64,000 nucleotides of DNA from contig JALMLS010000304.1 in assembly GCA_038496445.1 (NCBI GenBank), forward strand, positions 248,001 through 312,000, read 5' to 3'. Below are positions 13,801-25,313 of the stretch, in pieces. Under the pieces are notes generated by a model. It saw only the letters and a list, made by a program, of their open reading frames with translations. It was not told where the DNA came from and did no database searches. The DNA comes from Trichosphaerium sp. ATCC 40318. Lineage: Eukaryota; Protista; Tubulinea. Each line of letters starts with the position of its first letter. The first letter of the stretch is position 1. Position numbers and translations under genes: made by a program.

Positions 13801-16043
13801 CTAGTTTCTATCACGTGCGTTTACTTTTGCCAATTCTCTATCATACAACTTATCTTTAGAGTGACTACCTTCTCTTTAGTATACAAGTTATTCCAAAAAA
13901 TATAGACGTACGTTGTGTAGACCGTTATTACTACAACTACAATAACAAGAAGTATCGCTGCAAAAGCAACAACAGGCAACAGCCATATTAATACACTTGT
14001 TCCTTCATCTTCTGCGTTACAACTCCCACTGCGTTGTAATACTAATACACTTAATCCGAATTCTGATACTTTTCCTTGTCCTACTGTATTAACGCAACCG
14101 CCATCCTCAAAAACGTTCAGCACGTGTGATATTAACAACATCGAAGATTTTGTACATACCTGGGGATTAGTTCCTGTAAGCCCAACGGAGTGCGTGGGTG
14201 CTAGTTCAATACAATTTGTATTCACAAGTGGAACTTCCACTTGTTCGTCTTTCTTTGTCTCAACGGTACTAACATTAACGTTTATGTCTCCTGCTATTGT
14301 TGCGCAACCAGTAACGTTTATAGTTGTACCAGCATCAAGGGTCGTGATACCTTATGAATGAGTGGTGATCCAGATAGATGTTGGCTTACCTGTTTCTGAA
14401 AGAGTAAAATTTCCTTCGACAATGATGTTAGTAACAATAGTAACAGGCGATGCTATTTCCACATCATCGGGTATAACAATACTTGCGATGTTTCTGCAAT
14501 CAGCTTTATCACAACCTACGATTTACATGAGAGTTAGGTACAATGGTGAAAAGGTGATATTATCGTTACCTAGAGTATCTGAAATTTGATCAGTGAATTC
14601 TACTGGCTGAGATACCGTAACGTTTAAAGAATTCAAGCTGAATAATTGTTATCATGCTTAGCAGAACTATGTACTCTAATTGTACCGGAACTCCATATCT
14701 AACATATTCCTCTTTGCTCTGTTGTTAATCCTTGGAACAAGAAAACAAAAACCAACTTCCCAGAGAAACAAAGAAGTTAGTGGTAAACAAAACTGTAGGA
14801 AAATAACGTAGTATTACGTTAGCGATAAATAACACTAAAAAAAATGATAATGCTCTAGAGAACATAGATTGTGATGTAGTGTAAAGTACCTGAAGTAGCA
14901 TCTTGGCGAACAAGTCTTAGTGAATACACAGGTATTTTATCTACTGTAACCTCCGATGGTTTGTCATCTTGGGTTAATGACGGAATATCAGAGGTGCAAA
15001 GAGCGCACACGTGACTATAAACGAAAAGAGAATCTCGAATTTCATTCGAGAACGCTAATAAATAGTACATAAGACAAGCAATAAGAAGATAGCATCAATA
15101 CCTTCGTCAAAATAATATTTGCAATTGATAGTTGCTCTAGCTGTAGGCGATTGCACTGGTCCTAAAGGTGATTGTACTGGTCTTGGTGCTATTTCAACTA
15201 TTAGGTAAGGTCTTTCGGTTTCTATAGGACTATCACAGCTATAAAGGATATCGTTAGAGTAAAAAAGAAGCAGAAATTGTTACCTGCCAAGTTCTATCTC
15301 TAAAAGAATATTTCTCTTCGTGGTTTCATCATAAACGACCCATCCGTGGTTATTGTTCGCTTTCCAGTAGTCTATAAATGAAGTCACGTTTATCTCTAAA
15401 GTGTTATTCGAGATAGTGGCATTAGAGACTGGCCCCAAACCAGCTAGTCCATTCCAAGATGAAAAAGTTGTTTGCTCATCCCAAGCAACATCACCAGCGC
15501 TGAGTGTGATCTGATTATCGCCTGATAATCTACTTAAATACAATGTGGCACTTTCTATGGTGTCATTTCTTCTTATGACGCCGCCTGCAGCTATTAAATA
15601 TTTTTTTGGGTTTTTTTCGGGTAAATCACGTGATTAGCGTGACTAGCGCTAGAAAATGAATTTGTACCCTCATCTTCAAAGATATCAAATTTGAGCAGCG
15701 CAATACTCTCTCCAAATATAGTGGCTAGTCTCACTCTCAGATCGGTACTATTGCCAAACGACAACATAGGTTCATCTTCATCAACATAGGTGTCTATACA
15801 TTGATCGTATTCAATACGAACTACAAATCGTAAGTTTGTAATACAACACGAAAAAAGTCAAAATACAACGTAAGCGTAGTGCTGTTGAATAAGTGTACCG
15901 ACCTTAAAAGTCACGTTTTGTGTCTGAAACTTGTCGTAAAAAGATTGCGCTGATAGTATAGGGAATTGGTAGCGGTACGTACATTCTACAGACAATACAA
16001 AAGCAATCCCAATAAAAAATAAACAAGAGCGTTGTATCAACAT
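13801..16043 (-). CDS. Type I membrane/surface protein with a DNRLRE (CBM96-like) domain
   Basis: Signal peptide MLIQRSCLFFIGIAFVLSVEC. DTYVDEDEPMLSFG...LLKFDI, IESATLYL, INVTSFIDYW...NHGWVV, RPYLIVE. Cys-containing stalk and TM segment LIWLLPVVAFAAILLVIVVVVITV. Confidence 0.65.
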
Positions 16044-16189
16044 TTTACTCTAATCGATTACAAATGAACTTTGGCTTGACTTAATTGCTACATTGAATAT
16101 CCAAACATTCGTCATGAGGAAAGTTCACTTTGGTTAGTATTTACAGGCGGAAAGAGATAACACAAATACTAGTTGACTACATTGTTCTC

Positions 16190-19100
16190 TTATGTTTTAT
16201 TAAGCGTAACAAGGTAGTGTGGATATGCTCTACTATTCTCAAATACAGCGTAGATTCTCCCTTTTGGTGAGCCAGTGGTACAAGAGTCATATCTAGAACT
16301 AATTGCACTATTATAAGGAGGTCGCACAAGATCTTTTGAACCGTCACCAGCAACGCCAATAATAACTAAATAAAGTGTTTAGGTTACAACAATAACAACT
16401 TCAAAAAAAACCTACCATCAGCAATAAACATTTGCATAGAAGGTCCAACATAGTCTAAGCGACAAATATGGTTAATGTGATAAATAGCTTACAACAGCGT
16501 AAACTTACCAAGTGAGTAATCTGCTCTTTCTGCAAAGTAAATTCCTTTCCCAAGGAGCCCCTTGTTCGCTACCCTGTGTTTTGATATTAGAACTAAGCAA
16601 AACGTTTCAAGCACGTGACAGAAGAAGGTACCTTACATCAAATCCATCATCTCCTAGGAATATCCTTTTTGGATTGTTACTACTTGTACCATGGAATAGT
16701 CGTTTGACATTTGCATCTCCTCCATTTTTCTCAGAAACCAAATCACATTGGTTTTTGAATCTTTTCCAAAGATACTTGTTTTGTACCCTTTGAATACTTG
16801 AAACACTGCAACCATGCATCATTTTCATTAGGTTCTGATACTCATAAGAGTGCCTAAATACAGTAAGTTCTTTCATACTATGATGAGCACAATACCTATT
16901 CAATTCAACAAGGCTCAAAGACAAATTACTCCAATGGTGAGGAAACATATGTGCTGTCGTGCTTGATTTAACATGCAATGAGGTTGATTTATACCTTTCT
17001 TTTAGTGCATTAACGTCCATTTCAGCTGCTTTGACATTATCAATGTTACCAACCAACGTTACTCTGACCAATTCTTGGTTTGGTTCTTCATGGCGTTTGA
17101 AGCGAAAACTGGCTTTGTTATCTTTGTATTCAAACACTACAGTACGGTGCTTGTTTGTAGTTGTGTTACATTGTATCATCTTGGTAAAGTTGATATGATA
17201 CGTGAACTTGTTTGTGGCACCAGGCAAGGAGAATTTAAAGGTACTTGGATACATACCTAGTTTCATTCTATGATAGTCAGTCTGAGATAAGAAAAAAATA
17301 AAGAAACACTTACAATTTAAAGTGATGTTGAATATTGCTGTTTAGAGGTTCATCATAGTTTGTATATAGACCATCGTTGTCTTCCCATTTCCACTGCATT
17401 GGAAAAGGTACTACTGAATGCTTTTGAACGGCTTTTTTAAACGCTGATACTGCCTTCTGGTTTGTATCAACAAGGTGAATTATATCAAACTTGTTGCTAA
17501 GCAAGAAGAAAGTACAAACACGAACAATAACATCGCAACATGTCACATCATGGAAACCTCCTTTGCCAGCACCAAGAGCAAGTATAGACAAAGAGTAATA
17601 CTTACTACAAGCTTCCCTGTATTGGAAATTAATATCTTTGGAGAAGTGTAGCAACAAGTACCTCAGGAGGCTGTGGAACATTTGTTGAAAAGCTTCAATG
17701 GTGTTTGGAATGTCGATGACGATAACCTATGCGTTGTCATTCACTTCTACTCCACAGACTGTACGTGCATCATATCCGAGAACTCCTTTTACCAATAGAG
17801 CTCCTTCACTTATTTTACATGTTTCCAAGCCCAAGTCAATGTATCCTTTCAAATCCTCATGTGCAGTGCTTCCTATACGCAGTTATTATTAAACTTTTGT
17901 TTGTGATAAAGTACCAGATGCTATTATTTTGCAATCTGTTTGTTCATCAAAAATATCACCACGGTATACTTTAAACAGCAATTTATTCGGTTCTAAGTTC
18001 GATCTGACAGTGTCCAAAGCAGGTGTCACAAATGTTAATACTTTATATCCTTCCCATAGCTTCTTAAAATCTGCAAAACAAAGTGAATATGTAACAGCAT
18101 TAATTAATTTGTTCTAATACCTTTATTCTTTTGAAAAAGTTCAGCAGTTCCTTCTGTGACTTTTATATGCTGCTCAAGAATATCCCTTGATTTTAAAATA
18201 GTGTTGAGCTCTCTATTAAGCCGCTTGATGCCTTGTGATAAGCCTGTTATTGTTATGCGAAATGGTTCTAACTCAATCATTAACGTATAACATGTGAGTT
18301 AATTAATTAGTAGTCGCACGTGTTTCAAGGAAAAAAGATACATGTACACAATATTCTATAGCAATCTTCTCAAGAGATGCTTGAGAAACCTTCACTAAGA
18401 AAGCTTCTGTTGATAAAAGAGAACGCTTGCTAGTTTTAACAGATGTTAGTTTCTTTACTACTTCCACTGTGTTATCTATTAGGCAATTAAGTGAACCAAG
18501 CTATAAATAAATACGCTTGCATACCAACTGCTTTGCCTAGACCAGTTATTGTTAAGCCTTTACTCTCCAGAGCAAGGTTTACTTGCGAGAAATCAGGGCT
18601 GTTCTTATTTAATATTTTCCTATGTTTCATTAGACACCACATCTCGAAAGACTGATTCCGTGTAAGAGGGACTTGTTGTGAGCGAAAGGAGTAATCCTGT
18701 ATAACAAGCGAGGAAACAAGAACTACATTGCCTATTACTTCTACATGCCATGTATCTTGTTGACAATATTAGTGATTGTGAACGTTGTTTGCTGCGTACC
18801 TTTGGTCAAAGATTTTCTAATGATTACAGCTTCAGCACGTGCTAACACGTGCTTTTTTACACGTTTAAGCTCCTGGTAAGCAATTTCTTTAATACGCTAG
18901 CAATTACAAATTCCATACCTTTAAGATGAGTTTGTTGTGTAGGTCATTCCGTATTTTTATGTCAAGTGTCCTGAGCGTGGTGTTTTTGGAGAACTCATCA
19001 ATCTTCTTTTTTTTTTGTTGTATGTCTTTTTTAGTGCCATGAAGAACTAGATAATCACTACCATATCTTATAATATCAACACCCTTAAGATATTTCTTTA

Positions 19101-19962
19101 CAAACTTAACTTTGTAAGGAGGATAGTCATACTACAGACATAGTAAGCAAAAAAACAATATCCATTGAAAAGAAGTACTCTTCTAATTTGTGACATTCTT
19201 TTTTTATAATGTTTGACAGCTGAATCCACCTCCTGAGAAGAAAACCCTTGACAAAATCAGTGTCGCTGAACAAAAAAAGTAAGTAAATCGTATGGGGTAC
19301 CTTCTATCATTATGGTCTTATTTATAGTCACGTGTACATTAAACTTTGAAATGATAAATTCTAACAAACTTGTAAAGAAAACAGAATCATGTGCCCACAA
19401 AAAACGTACTATGAAAATAACAAGCAACTTCAAGTTCATGTTGGTTTGGTGTTATTATCGCTCTTGTAATCCTTGAATCTAAGTATTTTTCGATACTGTT
19501 CGTTGCTGCTGCGACACCAACCCTAAGTCCAACAAGAAACAGTTTTGTCTTCTTTAATTTCCAAGCAACTAGCATTGCTTTGTAAAGAATGAGATGTTTA
19601 CTAAATACCTTTGTTTTGTTGTATTATCTGTTTTATTGCATTCTTGAGCGACAATATTCTTTCACCTTGTAGCAAAATATGAATCTTACAAAAGAAAGTA
19701 AGTCAGTATCGTGATAAAAGTTAGCACGTGCTTTGATTGACGTTGTAACCATATTTGCTTCCAAATATTGTCTGCAGTGAGAAATATCTTTCTTAAAACC
19801 AGAGAGTATCAGAATAGCGATTTACCTTGGCCCTTTTTTTGTTTTACAACACGTGGGTCACGTTTTTTTACAGTAGACCGAGTATCTAAATCGTTCTGAA
19901 TTGATGTATTAAATACAATACGTACCTCCAGTTCCTTTTTTTTTGTACTCCCTACTACTCAT
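16190..19962 (-). CDS. PARP14-like mono-ADP-ribosyltransferase copy 2 (paralog with a shorter N-terminus)
   Basis: RVQNKYLWKRF, LFHGT, GKGIYFA, RIYAVFENSRAYPHYLV. WWE motif QWKWEDNDGLYTNY. Macro motifs GDIFDE and SLSILALGAGKGGF. Intron positions are shared with copy 1. Confidence 0.85.
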
Positions 19963-20141
19963 GAGGGTTACTGATACGAAAAGATTTTTGTTATCTAAAG
20001 ATATGTGAAGGGTAAGCAGCACATTGTCTTAGTTAAAGCAAAAATTGTTTTTATGAAAACGGAGAATGGATAGCTTGCCTAACCAGTGAGCTACGACCTT
20101 GCTCAATTATCTGCTTAACATTTGTGGCTTAAACTCGCAAC

Positions 20142-20335
20142 TAGAGATGGCAGAAATACCGGTCCGAACCGGTTCCGGACCGAAACGCAAAAGACCGGTC
20201 CGTAAACGGTCCAAACGGTCCGCTGTCAAAGGGAGTACCCTTGGAAAATCGGAAAAATAGCCGAAAAAGGGACTTTTGTCAAAGGGTACTACTCCCTTGG
20301 ATTTTTATCGGTCCAAACGGTCCCTGTCACAAAAT
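20142..20335 (+). mobile_element. Orphan hAT-like transposon terminus with subterminal CGGTCC repeats
   Basis: Begins TAGAGATGGCA, like Ac/hAT ends. About 7 CGGTCC/GGACCG motifs including AAACGG, and internal direct repeats (cggtccaaacggtcc and tgtcaaaggg...cccttgga). No partner TIR was seen. Confidence 0.55.
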
Positions 20336-20872
20336 CTCAGAACCCTCCATCTATTGACCTACTCACTGTGTGCATGCACATAAGGTGGCTGTACACTTTT
20401 TGTGGCAGGTTTGAATATCACCACTTTTTTTTTTTCATACACCTAAAATAGTTTAGATACTATTATTTCGCGTAAGTAATGCACTTGATATATTGCTCTA
20501 CGCGCACAAAGTGATAAAAAGATGTTTGGGTGAAAGTGTAGAAAGTAGCTAACAGCACGTGATTTTGTTCCAAATGTCAAAATAACGTCACCACAGGCAC
20601 ATTTTGACAAAAAAAGTAGCGGTTAGGCCAGCGTGACCTTTTTTTACCGCTAAACAGTAATTTTGTTAAAACGGGCTGATTGAGGGCATTGGATTCATTG
20701 AATACTTATAAGAGGACGTGTGAAGAGACTCCAAAATGCATATCTTGTTTTTAGCGATTATGCGAGTAGACTAACCTTTTTGTAACATTAACAAGCGTAG
20801 CTTGATCATTGCAGGGTTTATTACACTTAGTGCAAGGCGTAGTACTGAACGTAACAGTGTATTAAACATGAT

Positions 20873-22164
20873 TTATTGACCCAATGTCTTTTTAGGCTGG
20901 TTTATAGGGCTGTGACAATAATTTGGCCAAATAGATACTGGTTCGAACTCCATGGCTAGATCCAAACACGTGCTATCAAATTTGTGCTCCCGTATCATAT
21001 CGCCGTTTGCAGAGAACTCCTTGTAATCTCCATGTCTTCTGTCATTCGCATAATAGCAATGTAATGACAACTGACCATTAGCATGCCACTGTCTCGCCTC
21101 ACCATCAAATTTACCATTTTTGTAATTATAGAATGCAGCTATCTGTCCATTGGAATGCCACTCTTGGTACTCACCTTCGAGTTCATCATTGGCATAAGCA
21201 CTTTGTGAAGATAGCTGACCGTTCTTATGCCAGAGCTTACAATCTCCTTCTACTTCATCTCTAGCAACATAGTGAAGATACAACTGACCGTTATCATGCC
21301 ATGTTTTGTCCTCGATTAACTTCTTGTCAACATGTTTAACATAGCTCAACTGGTCACCGTTTTTATACCAGGTCTTGCTCTCGCCATCAAGCATGCCATT
21401 GACGTATATACTATGAAGCCTTAAAGCGCCATTTTCGTACCACTGCTTGCTCTCCCCGTCAAGTAAGTTGTTGGAATACAATTCAACACGACCCAGAGTG
21501 CCGTTTGCATGCCATTCCTTGAACTCACCATGTAATTCGTTGTTTACATAGTTAGACTCTTGAGACATCTGACCATTTTCATACCACTCCCTTACAGTTC
21601 CTTCTTTCTTTCCGTTGACATAACTATGCTCTTTTACACGTTTACCTCTTGCGTAAAAAGTGTGTTTCCCGTGCAGTTTATCATTTGAAAAGGAGGATTG
21701 CTCCCATAGTTTTCCATTCCTCTCAAACAGCTTATGTTCGCCGTCCTTTTTACCTTTGACATAAAACCATTGCTCTTGCAAGCGACCGTTGCTATAGAAC
21801 GACTTGTGCTCTCCGTCTAACTCACCGTCGAGGTAATTACACTGCACTTGTAATTTGCCCATTCTACTCCATTTTTTGAACACTCCGGTACGTTTACCAT
21901 GCTGCCAGTGTTGTTGCACAGATTTCGGTTTTTTCTGCCATTTGCCGTGTTTTTGTAGCTCCTCATCGAAACGGGTGGTTGTTGCTGTACGTTTGGACAA
22001 CAACGGCCACTTTAGAAAGACCTCGAAGTCGCAATCGGCAATATCGAGTTGTATTTCAAGCGGAAGGCGTATCAAGGCGCAATAGTCGGATTCATCGGTA
22101 CTAGGCTATTTCTATGCGTGAGCGAGTATTAAGTGTATAAAGCACGTACGTTTTGTGTTGACAT
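20873..22164 (-). CDS. F-box-like plus MORN-variant (YwqK-like) repeat protein
   Basis: About 12 repeats of the type GExKEWHxNGQLxxxxxYxNxxLD. N-terminal LPLEIQLDIA motif. Probable 5-codon first exon (ATG at 22164, MSTQN) and one intron before a 1.2-kb exon. Confidence 0.8.
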
Positions 22165-22784
22165 TGCTTTCCAGGCGTAAGTGAGACGTATCAGTCCGTA
22201 AAAAGTTAAAGTATGCCAGAGCTTCCTTCTCAGGAACTAGTTTTATATAAATGAAATTCACTATTTGGTAGTGTAAATCGTTAAGTGAATACTTTGCAAT
22301 TATTGTTGTCTACTGTGGGTTCTTGAGAATTATTTGCAACGAACGAATATCCTTTAAATCTGTACTAGAAGACTAAAGACGAGATCAAGTACTGGTTTGC
22401 GTACCTATTGAATTGATATAATTCACGTGAATAAGTAAATCACACATCGGGTCAATTCGACTTGCTGGTTTCAAACTTCTTAGGTAGTCGAACGAGTTTT
22501 GGATAAACAACAGCTTTTCAATGACGGTTTATTGATGAGTGCACAACATATGCTGAGACATGTTGATGTCTTCCCAGTCGTGTATGTTGAGATGAATGAG
22601 TTAGGGAACAAAAGGATTTAAACAGAAATGTTCTGCGCCAAGTATCTTAGTGCAGCACAAGACACGCGACCTTACGTAAATATAGTATTGAGTGTTTACG
22701 TGGTTATCAATAATTTATTGATAGTGTAGTTGACAAAGAAACTCTTTTTTTTTTTTGTACAGTTTTTGCCTCTTGAAAAGCAAT

Positions 22785-25012
22785 TTATTGTCTCCGCCGA
22801 ATAAACCCAGTGGAATCGCTCATCTTGAAATTTGTAAGTTCCTTCCTTGGATGGAACAGCCACCTACAAAAATCATTGAGAACATAAACAAAAAAAATCA
22901 TCCAAAGACTGGAGGAAAAGAAATAAAGTTCAAGGCATTTTTTGTCTGAGAAAAAAAAAAAAAAGAGAAACACCTCTTTCTAGTCGTACCCAACGTATAT
23001 ACAATAACAAAGAGTTCCTAACTCTTTGAATATATCTGATACCCACAAGTAATTGAAGGGAGAAAAAACATCAAAGAAAAAAGGGATAATACGAGTGAAC
23101 GTAACCCAAAAAGTAACAATAATAAACATATTCTTTACTATTGTAAAAGGAGCTAATGTCCCTATAATTTACGGTAAATAAGCAATACAAAAAATCTTTT
23201 TTATCATACCTCTACTATTAGGTGTTTTTGTTTTGTGTGCAATAGTAAAAGACCAATAAAAAGGACCTTTAATAAGCATGCAGCTGAAAAAATCAAAAAC
23301 TTGAAAAAGACTTCCCTGAAGAAGAAAAACGTCAGAAGATTGTTGTGTTAATGGCGTATCATCCACAAAAATATGGTACCACTACAATCCACCACATTGT
23401 GCTATGTCTTCCTCCACTTCCAGCAGTTTGTACAATGACCGTAAGGACCCTCATTATTATCACCTATCAGAAAAAAGTTAAAACCAAAACATGTTCAATG
23501 AAATCTGTCAAAGTTTGACACATTGTTTTTCTTATTTTTTTCTTACCAAAATGACATTTACTTTCTCGCGTAACCCCATTTTTTTCAAGTAAGTCCATCC
23601 GCAAGCCAATAGAACAACTAGCGAGAAGAAAAATATTTCATGAATCCTACAATACATAAATATCTATGAGTCAAAAATCCTATCATTAATGCTCAAGGCC
23701 GTACACTCAGTGTACCCAATGATGACTAAAAAAAGGCAAGAAACTCAGAATGCCAAAGAATTCTCAGTGCGTACATCAGTAGAAGAACGTTTAAAAAATC
23801 CCAGCCATACGCAGTACCATAAATCTCCAGAAAATAATAGTGTATCTAAAATTTCAACGTCAACAATATGTAATGCCAAAAAAAAGCTCATTACTGAAGC
23901 ACTAAGAAGCCAAGCTGTTTTAGAGTACATAACAGCAGTGAAGAGCCAATGCATTTTCATCATATCCTTACTTAGTTTAGAACTAAATGTAATCAGTCAA
24001 TAGAAACTATCGTAGGAATCCACAACAGTCATAAGTGACAGAAAAAATAAAATCATAAATTTGCTTTAGTACCTCATTGAGCACTTGTAAAAAATCGAAT
24101 ACCACACAGTCCACATGACCGACAATATAATAAACGTAGCAAAGAAAAAGAGGTTTAATCCAGTCGACTGGAATTTATCAGCTGACAAGTAATTGATGGA
24201 ACCATCACGCTATAAAAAAAAATACAATTAAAAAACAAACGCGTCTGACAGTCATACAAGATGATGATTATAATTGACATCAACCTAATAAATATAAGAA
24301 AAAATAAACAAACCATATAGCACGAAAATAGAAGCACTTGCAAGGTTGGAAGTACTATTAAAAAAAAACTTTCGAACCTGAAAAGAAACGCTTGTTTTCT
24401 CGCTATTACAATTTATAAAGTAAATCTCGCATATACCACCAAGATTATCGTTCTTGATAGTATCTATTACAGAGTAAACAGCTCTACAAGAAATGTTTAG
24501 TTGAATCATAGACGTCTTTATGGATGCTGAAGCCAAGACACTACGTACTTGTCTATAGTGTGTGTTAGCTCACAAGCTTCGTCATGCCCGCGAAACAAGT
24601 CATGCCATCTGTTAGTTTTAAAATAACGGACGGAGAACCCGTATTGTGAAGAGTTCGTCCAATCTTGTACATCGCTGGTTGTTTCTTTGTCAAATACCTA
24701 ATAAATTGTTTACGTGGTGTCACTTATTGTGGGTATCGGTAAAACTGGGCGTATCAGACATATTGGGTGATATTACAGGAGTATGCCCCAATAACAAGTC
24801 ATTTTTCACGTTTTAACAAATAAAACACTGGAAGGTACAATACTACGTACTGTCATGCCATTGAGCGATATTTCGTAACGTCCGCCTCTCCCCAAAGCGA
24901 ACTTACCTATAAATATACGCTCTCTCGAGTCCTGTGTAATCACAAGAGACGGCAGTTGAAGCGCCAACGCGTAGCACGCACAAAGTAATACTGCAACGTA
25001 GAATCGCCACAT
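22785..25012 (-). CDS. GOST / Lung seven-transmembrane receptor family protein (GPR107/108-like)
   Basis: Signal peptide MWRFYVAVLLCACYALA, lumenal DSRERIFIGKFALGRGG, and many hydrophobic exons (e.g. LVVLLACGWTYLK). Confidence 0.6.
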
Positions 25013-25313
25013 TTGGTTGTACAACAATCACCAGGCGTGTACAAAGCGAACCACAGCGTCAGAGTGAAGTCCATTAAGTCAGACCAAAACCTAACTAGAC
25101 ATGCCAGTTCAATACCAGCTGTAGTGAGTACTTCCAATTTCTGGAGCACTTTTGTGATGAGGATGGCGTTTTGGTGACGTTTGTTTAAGCCTTCCTTCTC
25201 GTTCCTCACATTTCTGACGACACAGACTGCTTTTTTTCGTTTGTTATTATTTATTTTAAAATACAAGCTTGACAAAATTGTGGATTTTTTTTTTTTCATT
25301 TCCTAGGTTCAGG

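Noticed and set aside
20065-20103. tRNA-like 5' half on the minus strand (GGTCGTAGCTCACTGGTTAGGC)
   Set aside because: It resembles an A-box/D-arm, but no T-loop/B-box or acceptor stem follows, so it is not callable as a tRNA or SINE.
20873-22075. Toxin-antitoxin system (YwqK-like antitoxin)
   Set aside because: Eukaryotic context with no adjacent toxin. The label only reflects the MORN-variant repeat.
22213-22625. Possible decayed plus-strand gene (MPELPSQELVLY... and VVERVLDKQQLFNDG...)
   Set aside because: Multiple stops and no consistent splice path. Too weak to call a pseudogene.
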